A DNA stretch of 64,000 nucleotides from NCBI GenBank assembly GCA_965613025.1, contig CBFDUE010000004.1, positions 11,411 to 75,410 on the forward strand, read 5' to 3'. Under the pieces are notes generated by a model. That model did no database searches. It was not told where the DNA came from and saw nothing but the letters and a program-made list of their open reading frames with translations. This document shows positions 26,682-34,911 of the stretch, piece after piece (within the stretch, counting starts at the first letter, position 1; each line of letters opens with the position of its first letter). Position numbers and translations under genes: made by a program. The stretch is from an uncultured bacterium. GTDB lineage: Bacteria > Desulfobacterota > DSM-4660 > Desulfatiglandales > JALVMZ01.

Positions 26682-28391
26682 ATGAACATGAACTTAATCA
26701 CTCAGATATATAAAATTTTAAGGCTATCGATCTTAGATATTCCTCACAATAGGCTTTTAAAATCTATTCTGGATATTCTTTCCACTGATCCAAACTCCTC
26801 TGTAAAGAGAGGAGGTTGCCTCTATATCTTTCAGAATAATAGGCTTAAATTATCTGTCCATAATGGATTAGGAAATGAGGTGACTTGCGAATGCCCTGAG
26901 ATTGAAGTGGGTCAGTGTCTTTGTGGAAAGGCAGCCCAGATATGCAGAGTTCAAATTTTGGAACACCGTGAGAGAAATCATCTTCATCTATATGTTCCAA
27001 TAATCTTTAAAAGCCGACTGTATGGACTCATCAATCTATATCTACCAAATGGTTATAGATATTCAGCCAAGGAAGAGCAGTTTTTAAAATTAGCATCGGT
27101 CTGGATCGGGGAGTTATTGAATAGGAAATTAGATGAAGAGAAATTAAAAGAGGCGCATATAGAGACACGCCTTATTTTAGATTCTGTAGGAAGTATAATT
27201 ATAGGATTAAATAGGGAAAATCGAGTGAGAATCTGGAATAGAGGTGCGGAAAAGATCTTGGGAATAAGTCAGAGTGAGATAATTGGTAGAAAGATAGATG
27301 AATGTGATATCTTATGGGATCTTGAAAAGATCAGAGCGGGTATTTCAGAATGCAGAATAAAAAGGACTCCTATAAGACTTGATGAATTAGATTTTAAAAG
27401 ACCTGATGGAAGCAGAGGATTTCTGGGAATAACCATTAATCCAATATTTGATTACAATAAGATGAATGTGATTATATATGGAGCTGATATCACAGAGAGA
27501 AAAAATTTAGAATTACAACTCGCACATACCCAAAAGTTAGAGTCTATTGGACAATTGGCAGCCGGTATCGCACATGAGCTAAACACTCCAACCCAATACA
27601 TCGGGGATAATATAAGATTTCTCAATGACTCATTCCGGGATCTGACCAGCCTAATTGATTATATAATGAAATTTTTAAATAGAGGTGAAACAGAAACAGA
27701 CCCCCTTCCCATTGATGAGATTAAAAAGAGGATGGAACAATTAGATATGAGTTTTCTATTGAAAGAGATACCTAAGGCTATTGAGCAATCCTTGGAGGGG
27801 ATTGATCGTATCTCCCAGATTATCCAGTCAATTAAAGAATTCTCTCATCCAGGCTCAAAGGAAAGGGCGTCAGTTGATATTAACAGATGCATTCAAAATG
27901 CTATTACAATATCAAAAAACGAATGGAAATATGTAGCTGAGCTGACAACTGATCTAAAACCAGACCTCCCACATATATATGGATATCCTCAAGAACTAAA
28001 TCATGTCTTTCTAAATATCATAATTAATGCAGCTCATGCTATAAAAGAGAGACTAAAAAGGAATAAAGAGGAAATTAAGGGAAGAATCCATATAAAAACA
28101 GATACATCTGAGGGATTTGTGGAAATAAGAATAAGCGATAATGGGATAGGAATCCCCAGAAGTATTCAAAAGAGAATATTTGATCCTTTCTTTACCACTA
28201 AGGAGGTGGGTAAAGGCAGTGGACAAGGTTTAGCGATAACCCACAGGATAGTGGTAAAAAAGCATAATGGCTCTATCTTCTTTGAAACAGAAGAAGGGAA
28301 AGGCACCACCTTTATCATAAGGCTTCCTATTAATAATCTCTCAAGTGGTGAGGGAGGATATGAAAAAGGCCAGGATATTATTTGTGGATGA
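26682..28391 (+). CDS. cytoplasmic sensor histidine kinase (Cys-rich GAF-like domain, PAS, HisKA, HATPase)
   Basis: No TM segment. H-box LAAGIAHELNTPTQYIGDN, then NIIINAAHA, ISDNGIGIP and GSGQGLA. Start chosen at the ATG at 26682 after AGGAG. The ORF is open from the TTG at 26667. Confidence 0.85.
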   Translation: MNMNLITQIYKILRLSILDIPHNRLLKSILDILSTDPNSSVKRGGCLYIFQNNRLKLSVHNGLGNEVTCECPEIEVGQCLCGKAAQICRVQILEHRERNHLHLYVPIIFKSRLYGLINLYLPNGYRYSAKEEQFLKLASVWIGELLNRKLDEEKLKEAHIETRLILDSVGSIIIGLNRENRVRIWNRGAEKILGISQSEIIGRKIDECDILWDLEKIRAGISECRIKRTPIRLDELDFKRPDGSRGFLGITINPIFDYNKMNVIIYGADITERKNLELQLAHTQKLESIGQLAAGIAHELNTPTQYIGDNIRFLNDSFRDLTSLIDYIMKFLNRGETETDPLPIDEIKKRMEQLDMSFLLKEIPKAIEQSLEGIDRISQIIQSIKEFSHPGSKERASVDINRCIQNAITISKNEWKYVAELTTDLKPDLPHIYGYPQELNHVFLNIIINAAHAIKERLKRNKEEIKGRIHIKTDTSEGFVEIRISDNGIGIPRSIQKRIFDPFFTTKEVGKGSGQGLAITHRIVVKKHNGSIFFETEEGKGTTFIIRLPINNLSSGEGGYEKGQDIICG

Positions 28392-29538
28392 TGAGCCAAA
28401 CATCTTAGATGGGATCAAAAGAGAGTTGAGAAAGATGAAGGGTAGATGGGAGCTTTTCTTTACCAATACCCCTGAAAATGCTTTACAGTTAATAGAACAG
28501 CACTCCTTTGATATAGTGGTATCTAATATAAAGATGCCTTCAATGGACGGGCTGACCCTATTAAAAAAGATTAAAGAATCTCATCCCACAATTATCAGAG
28601 TCACATTAAGTGGAGAGGTAGACAAAGAGAAGATTCTAAAAACATCTCTCATTGCCCATCAGCACCTATCCAAACCATGTTCTAAGGCCTCTTTAGTAGG
28701 CACAATCCAATCTCTGTTAAAGATAAGGGGGATATTAACTAATCCTAAGATAAAGGCTATAGTATCAAAACTATCCAGGGTTCCTACACTTCCTTCTCTC
28801 TATATTAAGATTACTGAGTACATGCAAAAGGGTGACGCCTCCCTAAAAAAGATAGGTGATATAATCTCTCAAGATCCCTTTATGACAGCCAAGATATTAC
28901 AGATAGTAAACTCTTCCTATTTTGGATATGGTGGAAAAATTAAATCCCCTCAACAGGCTGCGGTTATCTTAGGTTTGGAGACTTTAAAGAGCATAATATT
29001 AGGACTGGGAATCTTTTATGGCCTTCAGGGAGAGAGGGAAAAAAGAGAGATGGATTCCTTATGGAATCACAGTATAAGATGTGCAAGGATAGCAGAGAAG
29101 ATTGCACTTAGAGAATCTAATGACATCGGCTTTTCTGAAAAGGCCTTCTTAGTAGGACTATTACATGATCTGGGAAAGGTTGTAATTATAACAAATTTCT
29201 TTGATCTATATAAAAAGATTAAAGATTCCTCTTCTCCCTTAGACACAGAGAGGCAGGAATTGGGATGCACACACTCAGAGATTGGAGCATATCTTCTGGG
29301 TCTCTGGGGTTTTGAAGAGGAGGTAATAAGAGCGGTAAACTCCCATCATAAAGATTGCCTTATAAAAGACCAGGGCTTATCCGATATTCTCTGTTTTGCA
29401 AATCTATTTTCCAAAAGAGCCCTGCAATCAGAAGCAGATCTTGAAGATGATCATTATCTGAACTCTAAGGGGGAGATTCTAAAAAGATGGATCTCATATA
29501 TTCATGAAGATGAGACTTTGGAGAAGATGAATGAATAG
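28360..29538 (+). CDS. receiver (phospho-acceptor Asp replaced by Asn) + HDOD domain protein
   Basis: The receiver is ILFVDDEPN...DIVVSNIKMPSMDG...LSKPC. The HDOD-like region is LPTLPSLYIKITEYMQ...ISQDPFMTAKILQIVNSSYFG...LLHDLGK. Start at MKKARILF (28360) after GAGGGAGGA. Confidence 0.8.
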   Translation: MKKARILFVDDEPNILDGIKRELRKMKGRWELFFTNTPENALQLIEQHSFDIVVSNIKMPSMDGLTLLKKIKESHPTIIRVTLSGEVDKEKILKTSLIAHQHLSKPCSKASLVGTIQSLLKIRGILTNPKIKAIVSKLSRVPTLPSLYIKITEYMQKGDASLKKIGDIISQDPFMTAKILQIVNSSYFGYGGKIKSPQQAAVILGLETLKSIILGLGIFYGLQGEREKREMDSLWNHSIRCARIAEKIALRESNDIGFSEKAFLVGLLHDLGKVVIITNFFDLYKKIKDSSSPLDTERQELGCTHSEIGAYLLGLWGFEEEVIRAVNSHHKDCLIKDQGLSDILCFANLFSKRALQSEADLEDDHYLNSKGEILKRWISYIHEDETLEKMNE

Positions 29539-30676
29539 CAAAATTCTCATTGTTGATGATGAACAGAGGGTCTTAGATGGAATAAAGAGGTATTTAGGAC
29601 GAGAATATAGGATGGATACAGCCCTTGGCCCAGAGGAGGCCTTAAGCAAGATATCCAAAGATGGTCCATATTCAGTGATAATCTCTGATCTAAGAATGCC
29701 TAAAATGGATGGCATTCAACTTTTAATCAGGGTCAAGGAGATATCTCCTGATACGACAAGAATCATCCTTACGGGCTATGCAGAACTTGAAAGCGCCATT
29801 GAGGCTGTAAATAAAGGGCATATCTTTAGATTTCTTACAAAGCCATGCTCCCCTGAGATACTTAGAAAGACCATAGAGCAAGGGATAAGACAATATGAAT
29901 TAATTGTATCTGAAAGGACCTTATTAGAGAAGACACTAAAAGGGATTGTTAATGTATTAATGGAGGTCCTATCTCTACTGAATCCTGAGGCATGGGATAG
30001 GGCAATGAGGATTAAAGAATATACAAAGATGATCTTAGGAGGCCTGGGTATAGAAGATGACTGGGAAATAGAAACTGCCTCTATGCTTTCTCAGATCGGT
30101 TGCATTATGTTATCTGAAGAGACCATAAAAAAGATCTGCTCAGGCAAACCTCTTACACCTGAAGAGACTCAACTCTATGAGATGTCTCCCATGATAGGCT
30201 ATGATCTTTTGTGTCATATACCCAGGATGGAAAAAGTGGCTGAAATAATCAGATATATGGATAAGAACTTTGATGGGACAGGTATTCCAAAAGATGATAT
30301 TAAAGGGGATAAAATTCCTCTCGGATCAAGAATCCTAAAGGTTGCTGTGGATTTTGATACCATAAATAATGAGCTACACGATCCCCTCAAATCAATTCAA
30401 CACCTTAAAGAAAGAAGTCAATATTATGATCCTAAAATCTTAGAAGCCTTTAATAATGCTCTATATGGAAAAAAGGAATCAAAAGTTAGATATCTAAAAT
30501 TAGATGAGTTGAAGCCAGGGATGAAATTAGAGCAAGATATAAAGACACTAAAAGGAAGGCTTCTGATTAGCTCTGGCCATAGATTAAATGAGGTAACCAT
30601 CAGAAAGCTTTTGGCATATAGAGAAATTGAAAAGATACCAGAGCCTATTAAAGTCCTCGTCCAAGATTATTTTTAG
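29531..30676 (+). CDS. response regulator with a degenerate HD-GYP-like output domain
   Basis: The receiver is canonical (ILIVDDE, VIISDLRMPKMDG, LTKPC). The output domain is collinear with HD-GYP, but HD is replaced (MLSQIG), HHE is replaced (RYMDKNFDG) and GYP becomes GIP. Confidence 0.75.
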   Translation: MNSKILIVDDEQRVLDGIKRYLGREYRMDTALGPEEALSKISKDGPYSVIISDLRMPKMDGIQLLIRVKEISPDTTRIILTGYAELESAIEAVNKGHIFRFLTKPCSPEILRKTIEQGIRQYELIVSERTLLEKTLKGIVNVLMEVLSLLNPEAWDRAMRIKEYTKMILGGLGIEDDWEIETASMLSQIGCIMLSEETIKKICSGKPLTPEETQLYEMSPMIGYDLLCHIPRMEKVAEIIRYMDKNFDGTGIPKDDIKGDKIPLGSRILKVAVDFDTINNELHDPLKSIQHLKERSQYYDPKILEAFNNALYGKKESKVRYLKLDELKPGMKLEQDIKTLKGRLLISSGHRLNEVTIRKLLAYREIEKIPEPIKVLVQDYF

Positions 30677-30692
30677 GTAACTGATTAAGGAA

Positions 30693-30930
30693 GGCAAGAT
30701 CAGCTATCTAACAGCATAGAGTATCTTGATAGGTTCAGGATAAGATCCATGGTAAAGCTCTTAAAGGAGGAAGATCTGGATAAAATGATAAAATGCAGAT
30801 AACTGCTCTTTTAAGAGAGCTAAGGAGAAAAAGCAATACCTATGGAAAAGGGTGTATAAAGAGGGGAAAGATAGAAGAGAGAAATTTCTATCTTTCCCTT
30901 CCTCAGCTTTTAGAGTGGCATCTGATAGGT
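30693..30930 (+). pseudogene. GT2 glycosyltransferase 3'-end fragment (part of direct repeat copy B)
   Basis: In the GT2 frame it reads QDQLSNSIEYLDRFRIRSMVKLLKEEDLDKMIKCR*. A ~10-nt insertion (a duplicated gataaaat) shifts the frame, and no 5' part of the gene is present. Confidence 0.8.
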
Positions 30931-30983
30931 TCAGGACTTATCCAAGATTACCACATCCAGCTTACCTTGTAGGGCATCTCTGA
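30693..30983. repeat. long direct repeat, copy B (GT2 3' fragment + 3' end of the intact MBL-hydrolase gene)
   Basis: See copy A. Both copies share an 11-bp-stem hairpin (gggaaagatag...ctatctttccc at 22406-22440 and 30864-30898). The substitutions between the two copies fall only in its loop. Confidence 0.85.
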
Positions 30984-31560
30984 ATCTCTCTGCATCGCTT
31001 CTATCTCCCACAATTGCTCCATAGTGCATGGGAATAGCAATTTTAGGATTAATATCCAGTGCTGCTTCCACCGCCTGATCTGCTGTCATTACATAGGTGC
31101 CAGATACTGGAAGAAGTGCAATATCCACATTAAAGTTCTTCATTTCAGGAATATGGTCAGTATCGCCAGCGTGGTATATCCTTATCCCTTCCACCTCTAA
31201 GATAAACCCTAACCACTGATTTTTCTTTGGATGAAAGTCCTTATCTGTGTTATAAGCAGGCACTGCCTCTATCTTGATATCTCCTATTTCAACCCTATCG
31301 CCAGGTTTTACCACTCTTATGTCTCCTTTAAGCTTCTTAGAGGAGTCCTTTTCAGTTACAATCACGGTATCCTGTTTCTGAATCTTTTCCACATCTTCAG
31401 GAGAGCAGTGGTCAAAATGCTCATGGCTTATGAGTATTATGTCAGCAGCAGGGCCTCCTGAGATCTGATAGGGATCAATATAGATGATCTTAGCGGTTTC
31501 AATCCTGAATCCATCATGTCCTAACCAATAAATCTTTTTAACCATTTCCTTTACATCCAT
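30931..31560 (-). CDS. MBL-fold metallo-hydrolase
   Basis: ILISHEHFDHC (HxHxDH) and a downstream His/Asp pattern. 209 aa. Confidence 0.8.
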   Translation of the reverse strand: MDVKEMVKKIYWLGHDGFRIETAKIIYIDPYQISGGPAADIILISHEHFDHCSPEDVEKIQKQDTVIVTEKDSSKKLKGDIRVVKPGDRVEIGDIKIEAVPAYNTDKDFHPKKNQWLGFILEVEGIRIYHAGDTDHIPEMKNFNVDIALLPVSGTYVMTADQAVEAALDINPKIAIPMHYGAIVGDRSDAERFRDALQGKLDVVILDKS

Positions 31561-31577
31561 CCTTTTTAACCTCCCTT

Positions 31578-31766
31578 CTAAGATGGTATTATAAAGATCT
31601 TATGATCTAAGAGATTCATTCTTGTAACCTTCCCCTTTATCTTCTCCTCTCTTCCGAATATATCATATAAGACTATCTCATCATCCTGGCACTTTATCTT
31701 TTCCACACTTTCCATAAATAGCTTCTCTTTTCCTTCCTCTAAAAGATAGACGGCCTGTTCACACAT
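31578..31766 (-). CDS. CooT-family small nickel-binding protein
   Basis: 62 aa starting MCE. Overall pattern (MCEQAVYL...LDHKIFI) resembles CooT/PF10133 as I recall it. Confidence 0.6.
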   Translation of the reverse strand: MCEQAVYLLEEGKEKLFMESVEKIKCQDDEIVLYDIFGREEKIKGKVTRMNLLDHKIFIIPS

Positions 31767-32184
31767 CTTTATGCTTCACCTCCCCTATTTTTATTCTCTC
31801 TATCATCTCATCAATGAGATGGGGTAGAGGCTGATCAGATACGCCGATTACCTCCACATTTTCCTGGGTAAGCGGAATAAGCAGTTTTTTAGCAGTGCTT
31901 ATAGATACGGCCTCTGCCATCTTAGGCGTCAGCTCTCCTAACATGGAATGGGCTACAAGTATTGATATGGAACCCATTATTACATCCACCTTCGAAGATG
32001 TATGTATTATAGCACCTTCACCTGTAGCCCCCCTGTTTGCACCTGCCTTCATCATGCGTGATGTAGCAATGGAGTTGGTTCCTAAGGCATAGATCTCTAT
32101 CCCTTCTCCAAAGGCCTTCCTGAGCTTCTTTATTATGGCAGATCCAATCCCGCCCCCCTGTCCGTCCACCACCGCAATCTTCAT
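31759..32184 (-). CDS. DUF3842-like protein
   Basis: MKIAVVDGQGGGIGSAIIKKLRK... matches my recollection of DUF3842. 8-nt overlap with the CooT-like gene. Confidence 0.55.
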   Translation of the reverse strand: MKIAVVDGQGGGIGSAIIKKLRKAFGEGIEIYALGTNSIATSRMMKAGANRGATGEGAIIHTSSKVDVIMGSISILVAHSMLGELTPKMAEAVSISTAKKLLIPLTQENVEVIGVSDQPLPHLIDEMIERIKIGEVKHKDV

Positions 32185-32198
32185 AGGATATTTGCTCC

Positions 32199-32585
32199 TT
32201 ATCTATCACTTTGAGAGGAACCTGAAAATTTCTCCACAAGCTTCTTATAATATATCTGTTTTTCTTCCAGAAGAGGAGATCTCTTACCCATCATATTTAG
32301 TTTCATGATCATATAATTGATCTTCTTCATAAGCCTATATTTTTCTCTTTCATCTGGAAGAGATTCAAGCAGATCCTCCATCTGCCTTATCTCTTTTTTC
32401 AGCTGAAGCTCTGGCGGAAGACAGTCAGCATTTTTAAGTATCTTATATGCAAGCCGGAGATCTTCGGGGATGTGACTGTCATCCTCAATCTGTAAAGGTC
32501 TGCCCTTCCCAGGCAGATTGTCAAACTCACCCCGTTCAAGTGCCTCTTGTATCTGTCTTTCCACAAACTTAAGATATGAAAACAT
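32199..32585 (-). CDS. DUF1992 (DnaJ-C28-like) protein
   Basis: QIQEALERGEFDNLPGKGRPL...LAYKILKNADCLPPELQLKKEI is the DUF1992 signature. Confidence 0.75.
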   Translation of the reverse strand: MFSYLKFVERQIQEALERGEFDNLPGKGRPLQIEDDSHIPEDLRLAYKILKNADCLPPELQLKKEIRQMEDLLESLPDEREKYRLMKKINYMIMKLNMMGKRSPLLEEKQIYYKKLVEKFSGSSQSDR

Positions 32586-32661
32586 ATCCCTTACAGAGCT
32601 TTACATAACCCCTTTTTACACTGGGGGTTACACCCCCCTCCGGGTCAGAGACCCAACCCCG

Positions 32662-32736
32662 GTCATTGCGAGCGAAGCGAAGCAATCTCATACATTTTAT
32701 AGATTGCTTCGGGTCTTTTAAGACCCTCGCAATGAC
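32662..32736. repeat. compound inverted repeat predicted to fold as a three-way junction (REP-like element or small structured RNA)
   Basis: Outer arms are gtcattgcgag (32662-32672) and ctcgcaatgac (32726-32736). The first inner hairpin is gaagcaatct (32679-32688) with agattgcttc (32701-32710). The second inner hairpin is gggtct-ttta-agaccc (32711-32726). Confidence 0.5.
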
Positions 32737-32752
32737 AGATTCCATCTACAGC

Positions 32753-32790
32753 TTTTTTCTGAGAGCTTTGAAAAATTCAAAGCTCTCGCT
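32753..32790. repeat. 38-nt palindromic element, copy 2 (inverted relative to copy 1)
   Basis: ttttttctGAGAGCTTTGAAaaaTTCAAAGCTCTCgct. The reverse complement matches 2041-2078 at 37 of 38 positions. Confidence 0.85.
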
Positions 32791-32863
32791 CTTAATTTAA
32801 AGTATTTTCCTTTTTATCAAACCTCTCAGTTCAAATTCAAGGGTAAACTTTTTTCTGGATAAC

Positions 32864-32891
32864 TTGACAATTTAAAAGGCGTGTTTATCTT
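32864..32891 (+). promoter_or_regulatory. candidate sigma70-type promoter of groES-groEL
   Basis: TTGACA (32864-32869), 16-nt spacer, TATCTT (32886-32891). It lies about 60 nt upstream of the AAAGGAGG RBS and ATG at 32954. Motif match only. Confidence 0.35.
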
Positions 32892-32953
32892 TTTAATTCC
32901 AAATAGAGGAATCTTTTTAAATTCAAAAACTTATCCAAAAGGAGGTTGGGGTT

Positions 32954-33247
32954 ATGAAGATTAAGCCATTAGATGACAGGGTATTGGTTCTGAGGATAGA
33001 GGAGGAGGAAAAGACAAGCGGTGGAATAATTATTCCTGATACAGCTAAGGAGAAACCGCAAGAGGGTAAGGTTGTGGCTGTAGGGCCTGGAAAGGTGAAT
33101 AATAAGGGTGAAAGGGTTCCTCTCAGTGTTAAAGAAGGAGACAGGGTTCTGTTCAGCAAGTATGCGGGAACGGAGATAAAGATCGATGGGGTGGAGCATC
33201 TCATTATGCGTGAGGATGATATATTAGCTATTGTTGAAGGGAAGTAA
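32954..33247 (+). CDS. groES: co-chaperonin GroES
   Basis: [12 protein letters not shown]...[24 protein letters not shown]. 97 aa. Confidence 0.97.
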   Translation: MKIKPLDDRVLVLRIEEEEKTSGGIIIPDTAKEKPQEGKVVAVGPGKVNNKGERVPLSVKEGDRVLFSKYAGTEIKIDGVEHLIMREDDILAIVEGK

Positions 33248-33277
33248 AAAATAATGTTTTTTGGGGAGGTGTAGGAT

Positions 33278-34903
33278 ATGGCAGCAAAGGAGATAAGATA
33301 TAGCGTAAATGCAAGGGAAAAGATAATGAACGGGGTGGATACCCTGGCCAATGCAGTAAAGGTTACCTTAGGTCCAAAGGGAAGGAATGTCTTGTTGGAA
33401 AAGAGCTGGGGATCTCCAAAGACCACAAAAGATGGTGTCACAGTTGCAAAGGAGATTGAACTTGAGGATAAGTTTGAGAACATGGGTGCCCAGATGGTAA
33501 AAGAGGTGGCATCCAAGACATCTGATGTGGCGGGAGATGGAACCACTACTGCAACCATATTGGCTCAGGCGATATACAAAGAGGGAAGCAAGCTTGTAGC
33601 TGCTGGAGCCAACCCAATGGCGTTGAAGAGGGGTATAGAGAAGGCAGTAGGTGCGGTCGTGGACGAACTAAAGTCATTGAGTAAGCCTGTTAAGGACAAA
33701 AAAGAGATAGCTCAGGTTGGAACAGTATCAGCTAATAATGATAGCTCCATTGGGGATATAATCGCTGAAGCAATGGAAAAGGTAGGGAAAGAGGGCGTTA
33801 TAACTGTTGAGGAAGCAAAGGGTATGGAGACCACCTTAGAGATTGTAGAAGGTATGCAGTTTGATAGAGGTTATCTGAGTCCCTATTTTGTAACAGATCC
33901 AGAAAAGATGGAGGTTCATCTTGAAGAGCCCTATATCCTGCTCCATGAAAAGAAGATAAGCAACATGAAGGATCTTATTCCCATATTGGAACAGATAGCT
34001 AAGATGGGAAAGCCGTTGCTCATCATCGCTGAAGATGTGGAAGGTGAGGCTCTTGCAACCCTGGTGGTAAATAAATTGAGAGGAACACTTAAGTGTGCCG
34101 CTGTAAAGGCACCTGGATTTGGTGATAGACGTAAGGCCATGCTTGAAGATATAGCAATTCTTACAGGTGGTCAGGTCATAAGTGAAGATCTGGGTCTTAA
34201 GCTGGAAAATGTCACATTGAATGATCTTGGAACCGCAAAGAGGATAACCATTGACAAGGATAATACCACTATTGTGGACGGTGGTGGTAGCAGAAAGGCG
34301 CTGGAAGGCAGAGTGAAACAGCTTAGGGTGCAGATTGAGGAGACCACTTCAGACTATGACAGGGAGAAACTCCAGGAGAGGTTGGCAAAGCTGATCGGTG
34401 GTGTGGCAGTTATCAATGTGGGCGCTGCAACTGAGGCAGAGATGAAAGAGAAGAAGGATAGGGTTGAGGATGCCCTAAATGCTACCAGGGCTGCTGTGGA
34501 AGAAGGGATCGTTCCTGGCGGCGGAGTTGCTTATATAAGGGCCATGAAGGCATTGGATAAGGTGGAATTGGAAGGTGATGAGAAGATGGGAGCAGACATA
34601 GTTAAGAGGGCATTGGAAGAACCCCTCAGACAGATAGCCAATAATGCAGGTTTTGAAGGTTCTGTGGTAGTTCAGAAGGTAAAGGAAGGTAAGGGTGCCT
34701 ATGGATTTAATGCTGAAACCGGTGAGTATGGTGATCTCATCAAGGCAGGAATCATTGATCCTACCAAGGTTACCCGTTTTGCACTCCAAAATGCCGCATC
34801 TGTTGCTGGGCTTCTTCTTACAACTGATGCCATGGTGGCGGAGAAGCCTAAGAAAGAAGAAAAGACCCCATCTCCCCAGATGCCTTCTGAAGATATGTAT
34901 TAA
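33278..34903 (+). CDS. groEL: chaperonin GroEL
   Basis: AAKEIRY...[10 protein letters not shown]...[12 protein letters not shown]. 541 aa with a C-terminal tail. Confidence 0.98.
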   Translation: MAAKEIRYSVNAREKIMNGVDTLANAVKVTLGPKGRNVLLEKSWGSPKTTKDGVTVAKEIELEDKFENMGAQMVKEVASKTSDVAGDGTTTATILAQAIYKEGSKLVAAGANPMALKRGIEKAVGAVVDELKSLSKPVKDKKEIAQVGTVSANNDSSIGDIIAEAMEKVGKEGVITVEEAKGMETTLEIVEGMQFDRGYLSPYFVTDPEKMEVHLEEPYILLHEKKISNMKDLIPILEQIAKMGKPLLIIAEDVEGEALATLVVNKLRGTLKCAAVKAPGFGDRRKAMLEDIAILTGGQVISEDLGLKLENVTLNDLGTAKRITIDKDNTTIVDGGGSRKALEGRVKQLRVQIEETTSDYDREKLQERLAKLIGGVAVINVGAATEAEMKEKKDRVEDALNATRAAVEEGIVPGGGVAYIRAMKALDKVELEGDEKMGADIVKRALEEPLRQIANNAGFEGSVVVQKVKEGKGAYGFNAETGEYGDLIKAGIIDPTKVTRFALQNAASVAGLLLTTDAMVAEKPKKEEKTPSPQMPSEDMY

Positions 34904-34911
34904 TGTCTTAA

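Noticed and set aside
22526-30692. Transposon, integron or prophage origin for the signalling cassette
   Set aside because: No transposase, integrase, recombinase, terminal inverted repeats or short target-site duplication can be seen at either border. Only the long direct repeats are present, so a classical mobile element is not supported.
32586-32953. CIRCE (HrcA) operator upstream of groES
   Set aside because: No TTAGCACTC / GAGTGCTAA half-sites or close variants are visible in the spacer.
32923-33558. 211-aa minus-strand ORF overlapping groES and the start of groEL
   Set aside because: It is antisense to two unambiguous, highly conserved genes. The translation is low-complexity (S/F/T/P-rich) with no motif. 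This is a typical shadow ORF.
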